Part shown: positions 39,281-52,534 of the stretch, piece after piece
Numbering within the stretch: position 1 is the stretch's first letter
Layout of the letters: each line of letters opens with the position of its first letter
Source of the DNA: Octopus vulgaris
Lineage: Eukaryota
Length of the DNA stretch: 64,000 nucleotides
Assembly: GCA_951406725.2 (NCBI GenBank)
Contig: OX597816.1
Coordinates: 141,732,001-141,796,000 of the forward strand
Direction of reading: 5' to 3'
The notes under the pieces: generated by a model
The model's input: the letters and a program-made list of their open reading frames with translations, nothing else
Database searches by the model: none
What the model was told of the DNA's origin: nothing
Translations under genes and position numbers: made by a program

Positions 39281-39979
39281 ATAATGAAAAGAAATATTAC
39301 AAGTAACTGCAGAATATGTGGAGATGGACAAGAAACAATAAATCATATTATCTCTAGCTGCCCAGTCCTGGCTAAGAAGGAATATATTCACAGACATGAC
39401 AGAGTTGGAACTTACATACATTGGAAGCTATGCCAACATTATGGAATAACAACAGAAAAAAGATGGTATAGGCACACACCAGAAAAGGTCACAGAAAACG
39501 AGAAAGCAACCATACTCTGGGATATGCCGATACACACAGATAGAGAAATTAAGGCCAACAGACCAGATATAGTTGTCAGAGACCATGAAGAAAAAAATGC
39601 TTTCTAATTGATGTATCAGTACCGGCAGATGACAACGTGTCTCTAAAAGAAATGGAGAAACTCTCAAAATACAAAGACCTGGAAATAGAGGTAACTAGAA
39701 TGTGGAATCTGAAAACAGAAACAATTCCTATCATAGTAGGTGCATTAGGTATGATAAAAAAATATTCAGACAAATACATAACAAAAACACCAGGACTTAC
39801 AAACACATATAACATACAGAAAATTGCACTACTAGGCACTGCACACATCCTACGCAGAACACTTTCCATACAATAACCATCAGAGCATCACAACAAATCA
39901 CAGCACATACCCAAGGCACACAGAGCTGCGCTCGGTAGTGAAGTGAAAGCACGCTATAAAAATAAAAATAAAACTACTG
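39281..39979 (+). mobile_element. 5'-truncated R4/Dong-like non-LTR retrotransposon (CCHC knuckle and restriction-like endonuclease) in (AAT)n
   Basis: CRICG...ETINHIISSC knuckle, RHDRV, RPDIVV...LIDVSVP...EKLSKY RLE motifs, IIVGALG; one frameshift in the A-run near 39595; stop at 39876; AAT repeats at both ends. Confidence 0.9.
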
Positions 39980-40251
39980 AATAATAATAATAATAATAAT
40001 GATGATGATGGTGATGATGATGATGATAATAATGATAATTTTTAAAGATTTTTGAAACACTGTGGTGCAAGTATGGTTATAAGCATAAATTTGGCTATGT
40101 AGTAAGAAGTTTATTTCCCAACCACATGGTTCAAAGTTTGAACACACTGCATGACTTGGGAAAGTATTTTCAGCTATTAGCCCCAGGACGACCAAAGCCT
40201 TGTGAATGAATTTGGTAGATGGAAACTGAAACAAGCTCATCATGTGTGTGT

Positions 40252-40287
<36 letters not shown>

Positions 40288-40489
40288 GCACAAATGTGTA
40301 TTACTGTCTTTTTGCCTTGCCATTTCAGGATAGTTGGAAATGAATGTCACCATCATGGAAGAAGTGTCCTCCATGTCTGATCATTCATGATGTCTGGCCA
40401 TGGGGAAATATTACCTTACTTATAGACAGGTGATGGGTGTTGACAGGAAGAGGATCTGGCCATAGGAAATCTACCTCAACAAAAATTCT

Positions 40490-40830
40490 ATCTAAAAGGG
40501 AAAGTGTAAAGAGTAAAGACTCCTTTCAGTCATGAATGACCATGGGACCACACGTAGAAAGTTCCCTCTGAAGTACAAGTCCAGACAAAGTTGTTTATAG
40601 AAGACCAGCAGTTGCCTATGCATACCAGCATCCTCTCTCCATGCCACCAATGATGTCCAAAGGAAAGGCAAAGGCTGATACAGCTTGGCACCGGTGATGT
40701 CGCAATTCATTTCTACAGCTCAGTGAACTGGTGCAACATGAAATGTCTTGCTTGAGGACACAACACACAACCCAATCCGGAATTGAACTCACTACCTCAT
40801 GATTGTGAGCCCGAAGTTTTAACTGCTGAG
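40490..40830 (-). mobile_element. Additional tRNA-derived SINE (family D)
   Basis: Minus-strand head ...ggctcacaatcatgaggtagtgagttcaattcc (box B-like) with gtcctcaagcaagaca core. Confidence 0.55.
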
Positions 40831-41552
40831 CAGCATGGAAAAGGTGGACATTAAATGATGATGATGATTATGATGATGTTGCCTTCAACATTTAAAATGG
40901 AATGGTTTATAATTTTTGAGAGTGTATTTTGAGTTAACACAGAAATTTTCACCAAAGCTAAACTATGTATCTGAGATAATAGCAGCACCTACAGCATTGT
41001 TTACTTTGCAAGAATTTAAATTATATTTGTCGTATGCTGAGCATTCTAGAGTTTACAATCTCATCCAGTGTTGAATTTGCAGCAATAGCAATTTGAGTTT
41101 ACACTTTAGACATAACCAAGTAGTGATAGCATGTACTTACTGCTTTCTAGATTATCTCATTTACACCTTATGTCTTGGATAATATCATATTTGCAGCTTT
41201 TATTTCCATGCTTACCAACAAACCAGGAGCTATACATATGGCTTATATCACATATTTATACAAAGTGGCATCTACTTTATCTAATGAGAATATATTCATC
41301 CTATATTCAACAATTATTATGCTTTGCAAAAACAAAACAAAAATGCAATACCACTCACATTTCATAGCGACTTACTTTTATTATTTTGAGCCCTAAAAAT
41401 ACATTTTTCATCTTTTCAGTTGCTGAAGTTATATAGATACAACACATATATATATATATTTATATACATTTATATATATTTATGCACATACATACATGCA
41501 TGCATGCATGCATGCATGCATACATACATACATACATACATACATACATACA

Positions 41553-41583
<31 letters not shown>

Positions 41584-41760
41584 GGAGAGAGAGAGAGAGA
41601 GAGAGAATATGTTTGTTTTTATTTTAAATTGTAATAAAAACAATCTTAAATTAATCTGATGGGTAATACTATTGTAGAATACAAATTTGTTGTTTTGACA
41701 ATGGCTTAATTGGCTGAAACTTTGAAGTCACTGTCACTAACATTTTTGTTTAAGAATATT

Positions 41761-41801
<41 letters not shown>

Positions 41802-42470
41802 TATTTAACATCTGTTGTCTATGCTGGTATGGGCTGGATAGTTTGACCAGAGCTGGTAAGCTGGGATTCTTCACCAGACTCTGATCTGATTTGGCATGGT
41901 TTCTACAGTTGGATGCCCTTCCTAATGCAAACCACTTTACAGAGTGTGCTGGATGCTTTTATGTGGCACCACACAGATGCTTTTATGTGGAACTGCATGG
42001 GTGCTTTTACATGGCACCACATGGGTGTTTTTATGTGGCACCACCACAAATGCTTTTCACAACCAGAGGGACTGGTCTTATCATTTCTGCTGTGGAGTCT
42101 GGGTCTTCTTGAGTACAGCAACGCACCAGGTATTCTGGTCCATTGTCATCTCACCTGAAAGCTTCAGCATCCTGAGATCATTCTTCTGTAATTCTTCCCA
42201 TGTCTTCCTGGGTCTCCCACTTCCATGTGTTCTATATTCTTTAAGAGATCGGCACTTCCTTATGGAGCTGTCGGTATCCATCTGTGTCACATGACCATAC
42301 CAATGTAGTCTTCTCTCTTGCACACAGCAACTAATTCCCTCTTATGCCTAACTCCTCTCTCAATACACTAGCACTTTGTCAAACATGTACACTTACATTA
42401 CACATCCAGCAGTGCATACTAGCCTCATTCTTTTTTAATCTTCACATGTCCTCTGCATTCCAGTCCCATG
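41761..42470 (-). mobile_element. RTE-clade LINE 3' fragment
   Basis: QERRLHWYGHVTQMD...GRPRKTWEE...DLRML; 3' UTR and (GAT)n tail. Confidence 0.85.
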
Positions 42471-42493
42471 TCTGCTCACTACATATATGTATA

Positions 42494-42968
42494 TCATCAT
42501 CATCATCATCATCATTTAACGTCCGCTTTCCATGCTAGCATGGGTTGGACGGTTCAACTGGGGTCTGGGGAGCCCGAAAGCTGCACCAGTCCAGTCAGAT
42601 CTGGCAGTGTTTCTACAGCTGGATGCCCTTCCTAACGCCAACCACTCCGAGAGTGTAGTGGGTGATTTTATGTGCCACCGACACAGGTGCCAGACGAGGC
42701 TGGCGGCCACGCTCGGATGGTGTTTTTATGTGCCACCGACACAGGTGCCAGACGAGGCTGGCGGACGCTCGGATGGTGTTTTTATGTGCCACCGACACAG
42801 GCGCCAGATGAGGCCGGCAAACGGCCACGATCGGATGGTGTTTGTTACGTGCCCACAGCACGGAGGCCAGTCGATGCGGTACTGGCTACGGCCACGTTCG
42901 GATGGTTTTCTTGTGTGCCACGTGCCACCGGCACTGGTACCACAAAGATACAAATTCCATTGATGTTC
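42494..42968 (-). mobile_element. Young RTE-type 3' UTR with a tandem unit of about 55-60 bp
   Basis: tttatgtgccaccgacacagg...gaggc repeated three times plus decayed units; CpGs intact. Confidence 0.8.
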
Positions 42969-42991
42969 ATATATATATATATATATATATA

Positions 42992-43066
42992 TAAATATAT
43001 TTTGCTAATTCATGGAACACAGAGTTGAAATTCCTTTTATATATATATATATAAGGAATTTCTACT

Positions 43067-43110
<44 letters not shown>

Positions 43111-43154
43111 AGTAGAAATTCCTTATATATATATATATAAAAGGAATTTCAACT

Positions 43155-43206
<52 letters not shown>

Positions 43207-43284
43207 CAGAGAGTAGAAATTCCTTATATATATATATAAAAGGAATTTCAACTCTGTGTTCCATGAATTAGCAAAATATATTTA
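42992..43284. repeat. Nested palindrome array around TA tracts
   Basis: Outer inverted arms aaatatattttgctaattcatggaacacagag; three internal gaaattcctt-(TA)n-aaggaatttc units. Confidence 0.9.
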
Positions 43285-43327
43285 GCTTGTCCAACAGTTC
43301 ATACTTGGCGAATTAAGAAAATCCCAC

Positions 43328-43412
43328 CTGATTCCAGTATAAATGAATGTAGAATTCAATGTCAATCATTCTACTTTCAGTTAGATTGAGGTAAAACTCA
43401 TTCTGAAGAACG
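43328..43412 (-). CDS. Exon of the candidate GREB1-like gene: (N)VLQNEFYLNLTESRMIDIEFYIHLYWNQ
   Basis: Acceptor aaacttcAG, donor CAG|GTggga; 85 nt, phase 2 to 0; follows an 80-nt GT-AG intron. Confidence 0.55.
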
Positions 43413-43492
43413 CTGAAGTTTATGTAATCATATGGATGAGAGTTCTAATTCAGTACATCCCATATGCTTTCTTCGGAAAACTAATGACCTAC

Positions 43493-43581
43493 TTGTCAGC
43501 AAATCTTGATCTCCATCCACAACATACAAGAAGACCAAACAATTTGAAAGTCTCAACAACAGCTACCGGATATTGATAAAG
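43493..43581 (-). CDS. Exon of the candidate GREB1-like gene: LYQYPVAVVETFKLFGLLVCCGWRSRFAD(N)
   Basis: Acceptor gtaatcAG (an alternative start at 43606 adds MERKCCNQ), donor GTaggt; only this frame is open. Confidence 0.55.
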
Positions 43582-43873
43582 CTGATTACAACATTTTCTT
43601 TCCATGCTGACATTTTAGGATGTGTCTAAATTGTTTCCTCTTTCTTCAATTCTCTCCCACCACCACCACCACCACTACCACTACCACCGCCGCCTCATGT
43701 AATATTCAATGTCTCACCATTTCTCATCACTTTATTCCAATTCTGTCTTCACCATCTGATTCTTCATCCAAGATAATAAGTAGTTCTATACTAAAACTTG
43801 TGTCAATCTTCTGCCTCAACGTATAGAAACAACACCTGTTAACACCTAACTGCTTCTTCAGGTTATCGGCACC

Positions 43874-44401
43874 TAGTATCTGTAATTAGCATTGGAAAAC
43901 CTCTTTCATTTACTCAGTTACAATGTCAATTACACACCAAAAACTTTATATAGTCTAAAAGTAATAGTCTCAACATAAATACAGTGAAGTTTGTGAATTT
44001 GTATAAGTTATGGTCAAAAGGTCATTCAAAAAACATCAATGTTGTCTTTCCTGTGTGATATCTTTATCATTTACATGTTTCAGTCATTACACTGCAGCCA
44101 TTCTGGGGCACCACCTTGAAGAATTTATTGACCCCAGTACTTATTTTTTATATTTTGTTTTGTAAAGCCAGGTACTTATTCTATTGGGGTCAGTTGTCAG
44201 GTGGTGGTGGGTAACAAAGACACACACACACACACATAAACACACACACACTTATAGACCCTTAGTATCTGTAATTAGCATTGGAAAATCTCTTTCACTT
44301 ACTCAGTTACAATGTCAGTTACACACCAAAAACTTTATATAGTCTAAAAGTAATACAGTCACAACATAAATACGGTGAAGTTTGTGAATTTGTATAAGTT
44401 A
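43874..44401. repeat. About 138-bp direct duplication (43874-44010, 44263-44401) flanking a SINE fragment
   Basis: tagtatctgtaattagcattgg...gtataagtta occurs twice. Confidence 0.85.
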
Positions 44402-44574
44402 CAGACAAAAGGTGAAGAATGTTTTTGTGTGGAGGAATAATTAATTCTAATTCAAATTTATTCTTTCTGTACAGCCTAGTACTAAATGATTTATGGCCCT
44501 GTACCGGCCTGTGACCCTGTGGTAGGAGATCACTAACGTAAGACTTATGATTCCACCAATCTACTGTCATAAAC

Positions 44575-45018
44575 TACCCGCATGGTTCTTGGTCTCAAGC
44601 ATTTGTCTTATGAAGAAAGGCTGAAGATGCTCGACCTTTATTCTCTAAAAAAACGCCGCTGCCGTGGTGATCTCATTCTTGCTCACATCATAAGCGGAAA
44701 GTGTAACCTCTCGAAAGAGCTGTTCTTCACTCCTGCTCCAGAGCATCGGCTGCGGGGTCACTCCAAAAAGCTCTATCTGCGACGATTTCATCTCAATCGA
44801 AGGAGAGGGGCTTTCTCCATCCAGGTTGCGGATCTGTGGAATAAGCTGCTGGACGAGATAGTGAAGATGCCGACGACCGCTCGGTTCAAAGTATCCCTTG
44901 ACCACAAGTGGCCTGAACTCTTTACATGAACACTACCCTGTACATAACTCCATGTCCCCCTACATGGCCTTGCGTTTTGCTTTTTGAGCCAAAAAATTAA
45001 CTAACTAACTAACTAACT
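44575..45018 (+). mobile_element. CR1-clade LINE 3' fragment with (TAAC)n tail
   Basis: GLKHLSYEERLKMLDLYSLKKRRCRGDLI...RGHSKKL...WNKL is typical of the CR1 ORF2 C-terminus. Confidence 0.9.
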
Positions 45019-45617
45019 GAGAAAAGACGAAAGAGTGAAGATGTTCTAGGTAGGATTTGAACTCAGAGCATAAAGCATCAGAACAAACAGTGTGAGGCAT
45101 TCTATACAAAACATTTAACAATTGCCAATTCACTGCCTTCTAACATAAATACAATCTAACATAACAGAATGTATAATTCTAAGGGCAATATACAGTATAA
45201 TAGGAAGTCAGTAGTAATACTATCACTAGATATGCTGGAGGTGTGAGTGTATTTTCAATAAACTGATAGTGAATCAATATGCGCAGATTTAATTAATACA
45301 GGTGTGAATGTCTGGGTAGATGATGTGAAGAACCTAGCAGAATAACTTGCTGAAGGCATAAATTTATTTAAAGGAGAAGTGCTGTGGGTGAGTTAAAAAT
45401 AACAAAACAACTTGAGGCTTACATTGTCTAATATGTTTAATGAAATAGAATGGTGCGTATGTGTCATAACAATGGAGTTGTGTGTGCATATGATAAAATG
45501 GGTGATGAGAATATGATAATGGAGAATGGAGATGTGCACATATGGAATAAAATGAAGTGGTATGTATAGGTATACAATAAAATAAGGAGTGTGTGTGTTA
45601 ATATCTATCTATGTATG

Positions 45618-45701
<84 letters not shown>

Positions 45702-46256
45702 CAGAGAGAGGTGGGATACATATCTATGGATACCTACATGCATGCATAGAGATAATGCATATTCATACATGGCTATAATAAAATGGTATATGTGTATGAC
45801 ATAATGAGCTGAGGTATATATGTTGAAATGGCGTACATATATATTATATACATATTTGATAAAATGAATGGTGTCTAGATATATGTGTATACACTACATC
45901 ATTATTTCATGTTGTATGCTCTTCTTCATTACATGATGTGTCTGCATGATATAATGATTCAGTGTGTATATATGATAAAATTAACTACTCTCTCTCTCTC
46001 TCTGTCTCTGTAAATGTGTGTGTGTGTGTGTCTGTCTGTGTGTTCATGTGTGTGTGTGTACACATATATACATATGTAGTTTTAGAAAGAAGGCCCTGTC
46101 ACAGTTTTAACAAGATCATTTTGAGGGAGTTTTTCCAATGCTTAAGGCAAAATATGCATATTTTTTTTTTTACATTCTAACATTCATCTTCTTTCTTTGC
46201 AGATTACTTTATACAAACAACAGTGGTAAAATTCATACCAAATTTACATTTTTAAA

Positions 46257-47086
46257 ATGAGTTTTGATCAGAACCATATCAGATACAGCTTGCTGTATGA
46301 ATTCAAAAAGGGTTCTTAAGTAATGAAAGCAGCAAGAAATATTCATTCCGTATCCAGAAATACCAACAGTAGTTTAGCCATTTTCACTCAGGAACCTTTT
46401 CTCTCACAGGCTATCCTTGTTTTGTCAATACTGAGTGTCTGAAAGCCATAGTTGCAGAAGGTTCAAAGCAATGAGAAAGGAAAAAAATAGTTCAAGTCAC
46501 ACATTGATCATAAAAAACCTTTCATGAAGAAGGAAAACTGTTGAAACTAGGTCAGTGGGTTCCTCATCATTTGACTGCTTTTCAGCTTCATCAAAGTGTT
46601 GCCCTCTGTTTGTCATTGAAGAATAAACTTGCTACAGAACCTCTTCTTGATAAAAACATCACAAATGATGAAAAGTAGGTTCTCTATAGTCATATCCAGT
46701 GAAAAACATCAATGGTTAGCACCCAATGACAAAGAAGAATCTATACCCAAACTAAAACTACACTCCCAAAAAGTTATACTCTGTGTTTTGTGACATATGA
46801 AGGGCATCAGCTATCATGAAGTGTTAAACCCTAATAAAACAGTTAATGCAGAGAAGTATTGCTGACAACTGGAAGCCTCTCTTTATCTTTTATCTTTTAC
46901 TTGTTTCAGTGACTAGACTGTGGCCATGCTGGGGCACCACTTTGATGCATTTTAGTCAAAAGAATTTACCCTTGTACTTTCTTTTTAAGCCTGGTACTTA
47001 TTTTATAAGCCTCTTATGCCAAACCACTAACTTACAGGGTTGTAAACACACCAACACTGGTTGTCAGGAGGTGGTGAGGGACGAAC

Positions 47087-47145
<59 letters not shown>

Positions 47146-47590
47146 TGTACAATGGGTTTCTTTCAGTTTCTGTCTACCAGATCTTCTCACAAGGCTTTGG
47201 TTGGCTCAAAGCTATAGTAGAAGACACTTGCCCAAAGTGCCACACAGTGAGACTGAATCTGGAATCATGTGGTTGGGAAGCAAGCTTCTTACCAGACAGC
47301 TACACCTGTACCTATAAAGCCTAGCACAAAAATCTGCAGAAAAAAGTGCCCATCATTAGCTAATCATAAAGGTGTGTTGCTCTTAGGCAATAATGCAGGT
47401 CACATATTACCCAAGTCATTCAGCCACTAAATATAGAAGTTTTGCCTTATCTTCCTTAATCTCCAGAACTTCAGCCATGTGATTATTTTCTTTTCAAATC
47501 ACTGCAAACCTTGTTTAGAAAGAAAATTTATTTATTGTGAAGAGGTTAAAAATGATATTGAGTTGTTTCTTCAAAACCTGAAGATCTTTA
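46257..47590 (+). pseudogene. Decayed mariner transposase interrupted by a SINE
   Basis: MSFDQNHIRYSLLYEFKKG, ITNDEK*VLY, KVILCV, TVNAEKYC*QL, GVLLLGNNA, *SPELQPCDYFLFKSLQ. Confidence 0.8.
46879..47316 (-). mobile_element. Family A SINE inserted in the mariner relic
   Basis: Apparent TSD aagcct at 46873-46878 and 47317-47322. Confidence 0.85.
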
Positions 47591-47799
47591 TTATTATTTC
47601 AAATTTTTGCAGCTTGGGGGAGGTGGGATGAGTCGATTACATCGACCCCAGTGTTCAATTGGTACTTATTTTATTGACCCTGAAAGGATGAAAGGCAAAG
47701 TTGATCTAGGCGGAATCTAAACTCAGAACATAGCAACGGGCAAAATACTGCTAAGCATTTCATCCAGCATGCTAACGATTCTGCCAGCTCACTGCCTTA
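47588..47799 (-). mobile_element. Family B SINE
   Basis: Reverse match to the family B head and core. Confidence 0.8.
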
Positions 47800-47860
47800 C
47801 TATATACTACTACTACTACTAATAATAATGATAACAATAATAATAATAATAATAATAATA

Positions 47861-48281
47861 GCTTGTCAGTTGTTTGACCTTAACCAGTTGAGCATGTCCC
47901 TTAGTGACTGACGATATGTGCATCTCTGATCACGAGCAGAAGTAGTGGGGGAGCATCATAGCCATGTGTTGAGAGGGATTCTTTGGGGTTTGAATAGTTC
48001 ACCTCTGGAAACATGGGTGGTTCTTTCAACATCCTTAAACAACCCTTATTCAGGGACCGTTTGAGCGGGATGGGCTACTCAACCTGAAGAAAATTCTAAC
48101 TGGGCCCCACCTGCAAGGTCATGTGCTGTTTATCTTGATATGAGATCACCATGTCGCGCACATATGGTTGTGATGCATGTGCCTGGTGTACCTTTATCAG
48201 ATGGGTAGTCATGATGGGTATATTGGGCTTCGTATATTTTACCCCAGTGTCACTTTGATGGCATGAACTGCTCTCTCACTC
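47861..48281 (+). mobile_element. (AAT)n-flanked non-coding retroposon, 5'-truncated
   Basis: Same family as 56-279 and 38626-39006. Confidence 0.8.
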
Positions 48282-48974
48282 AATGATAATAATAATAATA
48301 ATGATGTGAAATGTCAAATGTTTTGGTGCGTGATTTTTGGCCCACTCTGTATCATATATTACATTATGAAGCAGTGTGTAGACATCATATAATGAAGTGA
48401 TGTGTATACAGGATGAAATGAAATGGCTGTACATATGGTATAATGAAATGGTGTGTGTATAATTGATAAAATGCAAGGTAGGATGTCATTTCAATAACAA
48501 TGCGAGTTGCTCATGTAAAGGAAGCTAAAGATAATGGGAATATATAATGATAATGAATGAGGCAATGTCTTAGCATCATAGGAGATCATAAACAGAATAG
48601 CTACAGATAAATGTGATATTAACATGAGAGGAAGATAGATTAGAATTTTAGCATGGAGTTACTAATACATGACTATAAACAGAAGGAGCCTTTATATCCC
48701 AATAAGGTGATAAAACAGAGTTACAACATAGGATATTTTATTCGGTTGAAATAAGGTTCAAATATATTATGGGTGTTTGCCACATCTTCAAGCATTGGCA
48801 CATTAAAACTACCAGCTCTTTCATATGTTACATCATACCTTTGTCTCTAAAATACTTACTAAAATTTCTGTTTTTCTGAACTAGTTAGCTGTATACTACT
48901 TTTCTTTCTTTCATCCTCCTCACAACGCTTCACCCCACAAATGCTGCTCTAAAATACCTCCTCCAATTCAAATT

Positions 48975-49490
<516 letters not shown>

Positions 49491-49619
49491 ATAGTTCTTA
49501 ATGTATGTGTGTAGCTGAAAAGCCAGAAACTCTGGTTTTTATCTGAGAAAAATCCTTTTATAGATGTATTGTGCTAAAAAGAACACAGTTTTATTCAGAG
49601 CTTGGTGAAACAAACTTGC

Positions 49620-49720
49620 CTCAGAAATGACCACGATGCAGTCTCTTCTTGTATGATTATTTTGGAGTTATATGTCCATGCAAATAAGATTTCATTTCTT
49701 TATTTGTTTGTATATACATG
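49620..49720 (-). CDS. Candidate exon with an in-frame TAA: HVYTNK*RNEILFAWTYNSKIIIQEETASWSFL(S)
   Basis: Acceptor cataaccAG, GC-type donor AG|GCaagt; phases fit 50765-50843 and the 43606 start; IIIQEETASW echoes recalled GREB1 IVISDDSCVMW. Confidence 0.3.
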
Positions 49721-49766
49721 CTGGTTATGAATTATATCATGGTTTATATATAAATGTTTATATATA

Positions 49767-50163
49767 GGCGCAGGAGTGGCTGTGTGGTAAGTAGCTTGCT
49801 AACCAACTACATGGTTCCGGGTTCAGTCCCACTGCGTGGCATCTTGGGCAAGTGTCTTCTGCTATAGCCCCGGGCCGACCAAAGCCTTGTGAGTGGATTT
49901 GGTAGACGGAAACTGAAAGAAGCCTGTCGTATATATATATGTGTGTGTGTGTGTGTCTGTGTTTGTCTCCCTAGCATTGCTTGACAACCAATGCTGGTGT
50001 GTTTACGTCCCCGTCACTTAGCGGTTCAGCAAAAGAGACCGATAGAATAAGTACTGGGCTTACAAAGAATAAGTTCCGGGGTCGAGTTGCTCGATTAAAG
50101 GCGGTGCTCCAGCATGGTCGCAGTCTAAGACTGAAACAAGTAAAAAAAAAAAAAAAAAAAAAA
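49767..50163 (+). mobile_element. tRNA-derived SINE family A, young reference copy
   Basis: Box A-like tggctgtgtgg, box B-like gggttcagtccc, CORE-like cttgggcaagt, internal TA/TG tract, A-rich tail. Confidence 0.9.
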
Positions 50164-50764
50164 ATGAAATGTGGGATTAGTATTATATATTTTAACAATG
50201 TTAACAGGATTTGTAGGTGATGTTCTTCCTTGAAGTCAAATGTCCTGTGCACAGGATTTTGTAATGTAAATGTGTAAATTCAATATCACTACTAATTCCA
50301 TGACATTCATTGATATACAGTTATTACAGTTTGTTAGTAATGGTGGAGGATCTGTCATTCAATGATGAAGATTCAGTGGTTCAATCAACTGAATTATCTG
50401 CTCCTGAATTATCACTTATGTGTTTGAGTATTCCACAGACATATGTACTCTTATTGTAATTCTCAGGTAGACTCAGCACAACACAGTGAGTGACAAGGGT
50501 GTACCTTTTGAATCACCAGTACAATCCACTTGACAGGCTTCTGTACAGTTTCCAACTACCTAATTTCACTCACAAGATACGTGTCAACCTAATGTTACAA
50601 AAATAAAATGACATTTGCTCAAGATGTCATACAGTGGAATCGAACCTAGAACCCAGTGATTGTGAAGTAAACTGTATCTACAATCTATGGGTAACATTAG
50701 TTCAAAAAAAGAAATTTACTATATGATTTGACATAGGAGGAAGTTAATGGAAAGGTTGACATAC

Positions 50765-50843
50765 TGAGTTACCACACTGGATAACACCAGCCCTGGTGAT
50801 GCCAATGAGATCAACCACATCAGTCTCACCATTGTGCCAGGGC
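50765..50843 (-). CDS. Exon of the candidate GREB1-like gene: (R)PWHNGETDVVDLIGITRAGVIQCGNS
   Basis: Acceptor atcttttcAG, donor GTatgt; 79 nt, phase 2 to 0; follows a 137-nt GT-AG intron; GC content above its flanks. Confidence 0.6.
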
Positions 50844-50980
50844 CTGAAAAGATATTCTCATCCATGGACTAAATAAATAAAAGAAATAAAGCATTCTGCA
50901 CCTGAATCATTTAAGCAAACATAAAATATAACAAATTAAATAGTCCTGGAACATTGGGTAAGCAGTATGAAGTGTTTTAC

Positions 50981-51060
50981 CTAAGATCCGGCAGCAACAC
51001 TTCCATTGGGATACAACATAACACAATGGTATGAGTACAGCATCTTATTAACTGCATCTC
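50981..51060 (-). CDS. Exon of the candidate GREB1-like gene: EMQLIRCCTHTIVLCCIPMEVLLPDL(R)
   Basis: Acceptor ttatattcAG, donor AG|GTaaaa; 80 nt, phase 0 to 2; the other two frames contain stops. Confidence 0.55.
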
Positions 51061-52266
51061 CTGAATATAATGCTTTTTTAAAGTAAGACATTGTTAAATA
51101 GGTAGAGTTAAATGTCATGCTCAAGCACACAATACAACAGCTGTATTGCAATACAAAGATACAGCTAACAGGCCAGAATAATTCTGATATTTTATTCATT
51201 ATGTTAATCTATCATGTGTCACAGCTAGACAATTCATTAGACTGCAGACAATTGGCTAAAAGGCTGGCAATTTGCAATCCATAATCAGTGTGCTGTCTCT
51301 AAAATATAAATTTAACTCTGGTTCACTTTACTTTGTAAATAGAAACAACAATAAGATACATAGAGTCTGCTGTTGTAAATAGAGAAATAATGGTAAAGCT
51401 AATGAATGTTTTGTTATTTGTAACACTGGCTTCAAGTCAATACATGGAACTATTGGTGAGGAGACAGCTCATGGCAATAGTCATATTGTTGCCAAAGACA
51501 CACCAAGCTAGCATCCTCTGATTTCATTTAGCTACGGTAAAAAAAAAGTAATAAATCATTTTTTTTTTTTGTCTGGGAAGCAATGAAATAATTGCTTGAA
51601 CTAAGCTCAATGATACTTGCTACAATGTTTCAAGATTGATGAAAGACGAAGCTGATCCTGATGAGCTTTGATTTCAGAAATGTTAGGAATCAAACAAGCT
51701 ACAATACACTTTCTTGACAAGCTTACCAATCTCAAACATGGTAGAACACTGAAATAAATGTCTGAGAGTAACTAAGTTTTAATTCCCTGGATTCTGAGTT
51801 CAAAGCCTTCACTTTCATCTCTTTCAAGTAATTCCAAAAACAAGTATCAATAATGTGATGGTGTATACACAATTAATGACACTTCCCATTTGCTTCATTA
51901 AAAGTAATCAATATTCTATTGTTTTTCATTCTTGCTACATCAATAAAATAAGGAGTTGTAATATCCCGAGGATTGATTCAGTTGATTACTCTCTGCTACT
52001 ATAAAAGCATTTGATATTTTTATTTTATGGAAGGAGAAAAATTAATAAATAAATATCCAAAGAAAATGTTTTTCATTGTCTAATAACATTCATGGTTATT
52101 GGGTCTATAGACATTAATACTAATGCTTAGGGAGCTTAAGGATCCTGGTCATTGAACTCACAAAGGTTATTCTGCTCAAATAAGGATGTACTCTTATGCA
52201 CACCCCAGCACAGATACATACTGTCAACTGTCCTGCAAAAATCTTCATCAACTAGCAGTGTATAGA

Positions 52267-52534
52267 CAGGGGATGTCAAACAGCTGACCTCCTGAATACA
52301 GTTCAAGATTGAGTTGGGTGGGGGTCATAATCAAATTGAGCAAATCCAAACAGGTTTGAGCAAATTATGACAACAAAAAATAAATAATTACATCATTATC
52401 ATTATTTTTATTTTTATTTCTATTACCAAAATTCATGTCACTGAATTTTAGAAGTAACCATCTAACAATATTATGGGCAACCAGTAGCCTATGGGCCACA
52501 TGTAACATGCAAGATTTTCTGTTTGGCAGACCTA
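52267..52534. mobile_element. Possible decayed hAT-type MITE
   Basis: Weak TIR pair caggggatgtcaaac / gtttggcagaccta; no clear TSD. Confidence 0.3.

Noticed and set aside
42660-42910. Regularly spaced repeats resembling a CRISPR array
   Set aside because: The intervening sequences are also repeated, there are no cas genes, and the array lies in an RTE-type 3' UTR in eukaryotic DNA
46203-46225. + strand micro-exon-like AG...GT segment
   Set aside because: It lies immediately upstream of the mariner relic ATG, probably within its 5' non-coding region
49767-49840. tRNA-like heads of SINE families as tRNA genes
   Set aside because: No closed cloverleaf; they continue into SINE bodies
50765-50843. 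RAGV...NSLY resemblance to STING and HNGETD resemblance to the ADA2 HAGETD motif
   Set aside because: Flanking diagnostic motifs are absent; the GREB1-like match is collinear over more exons
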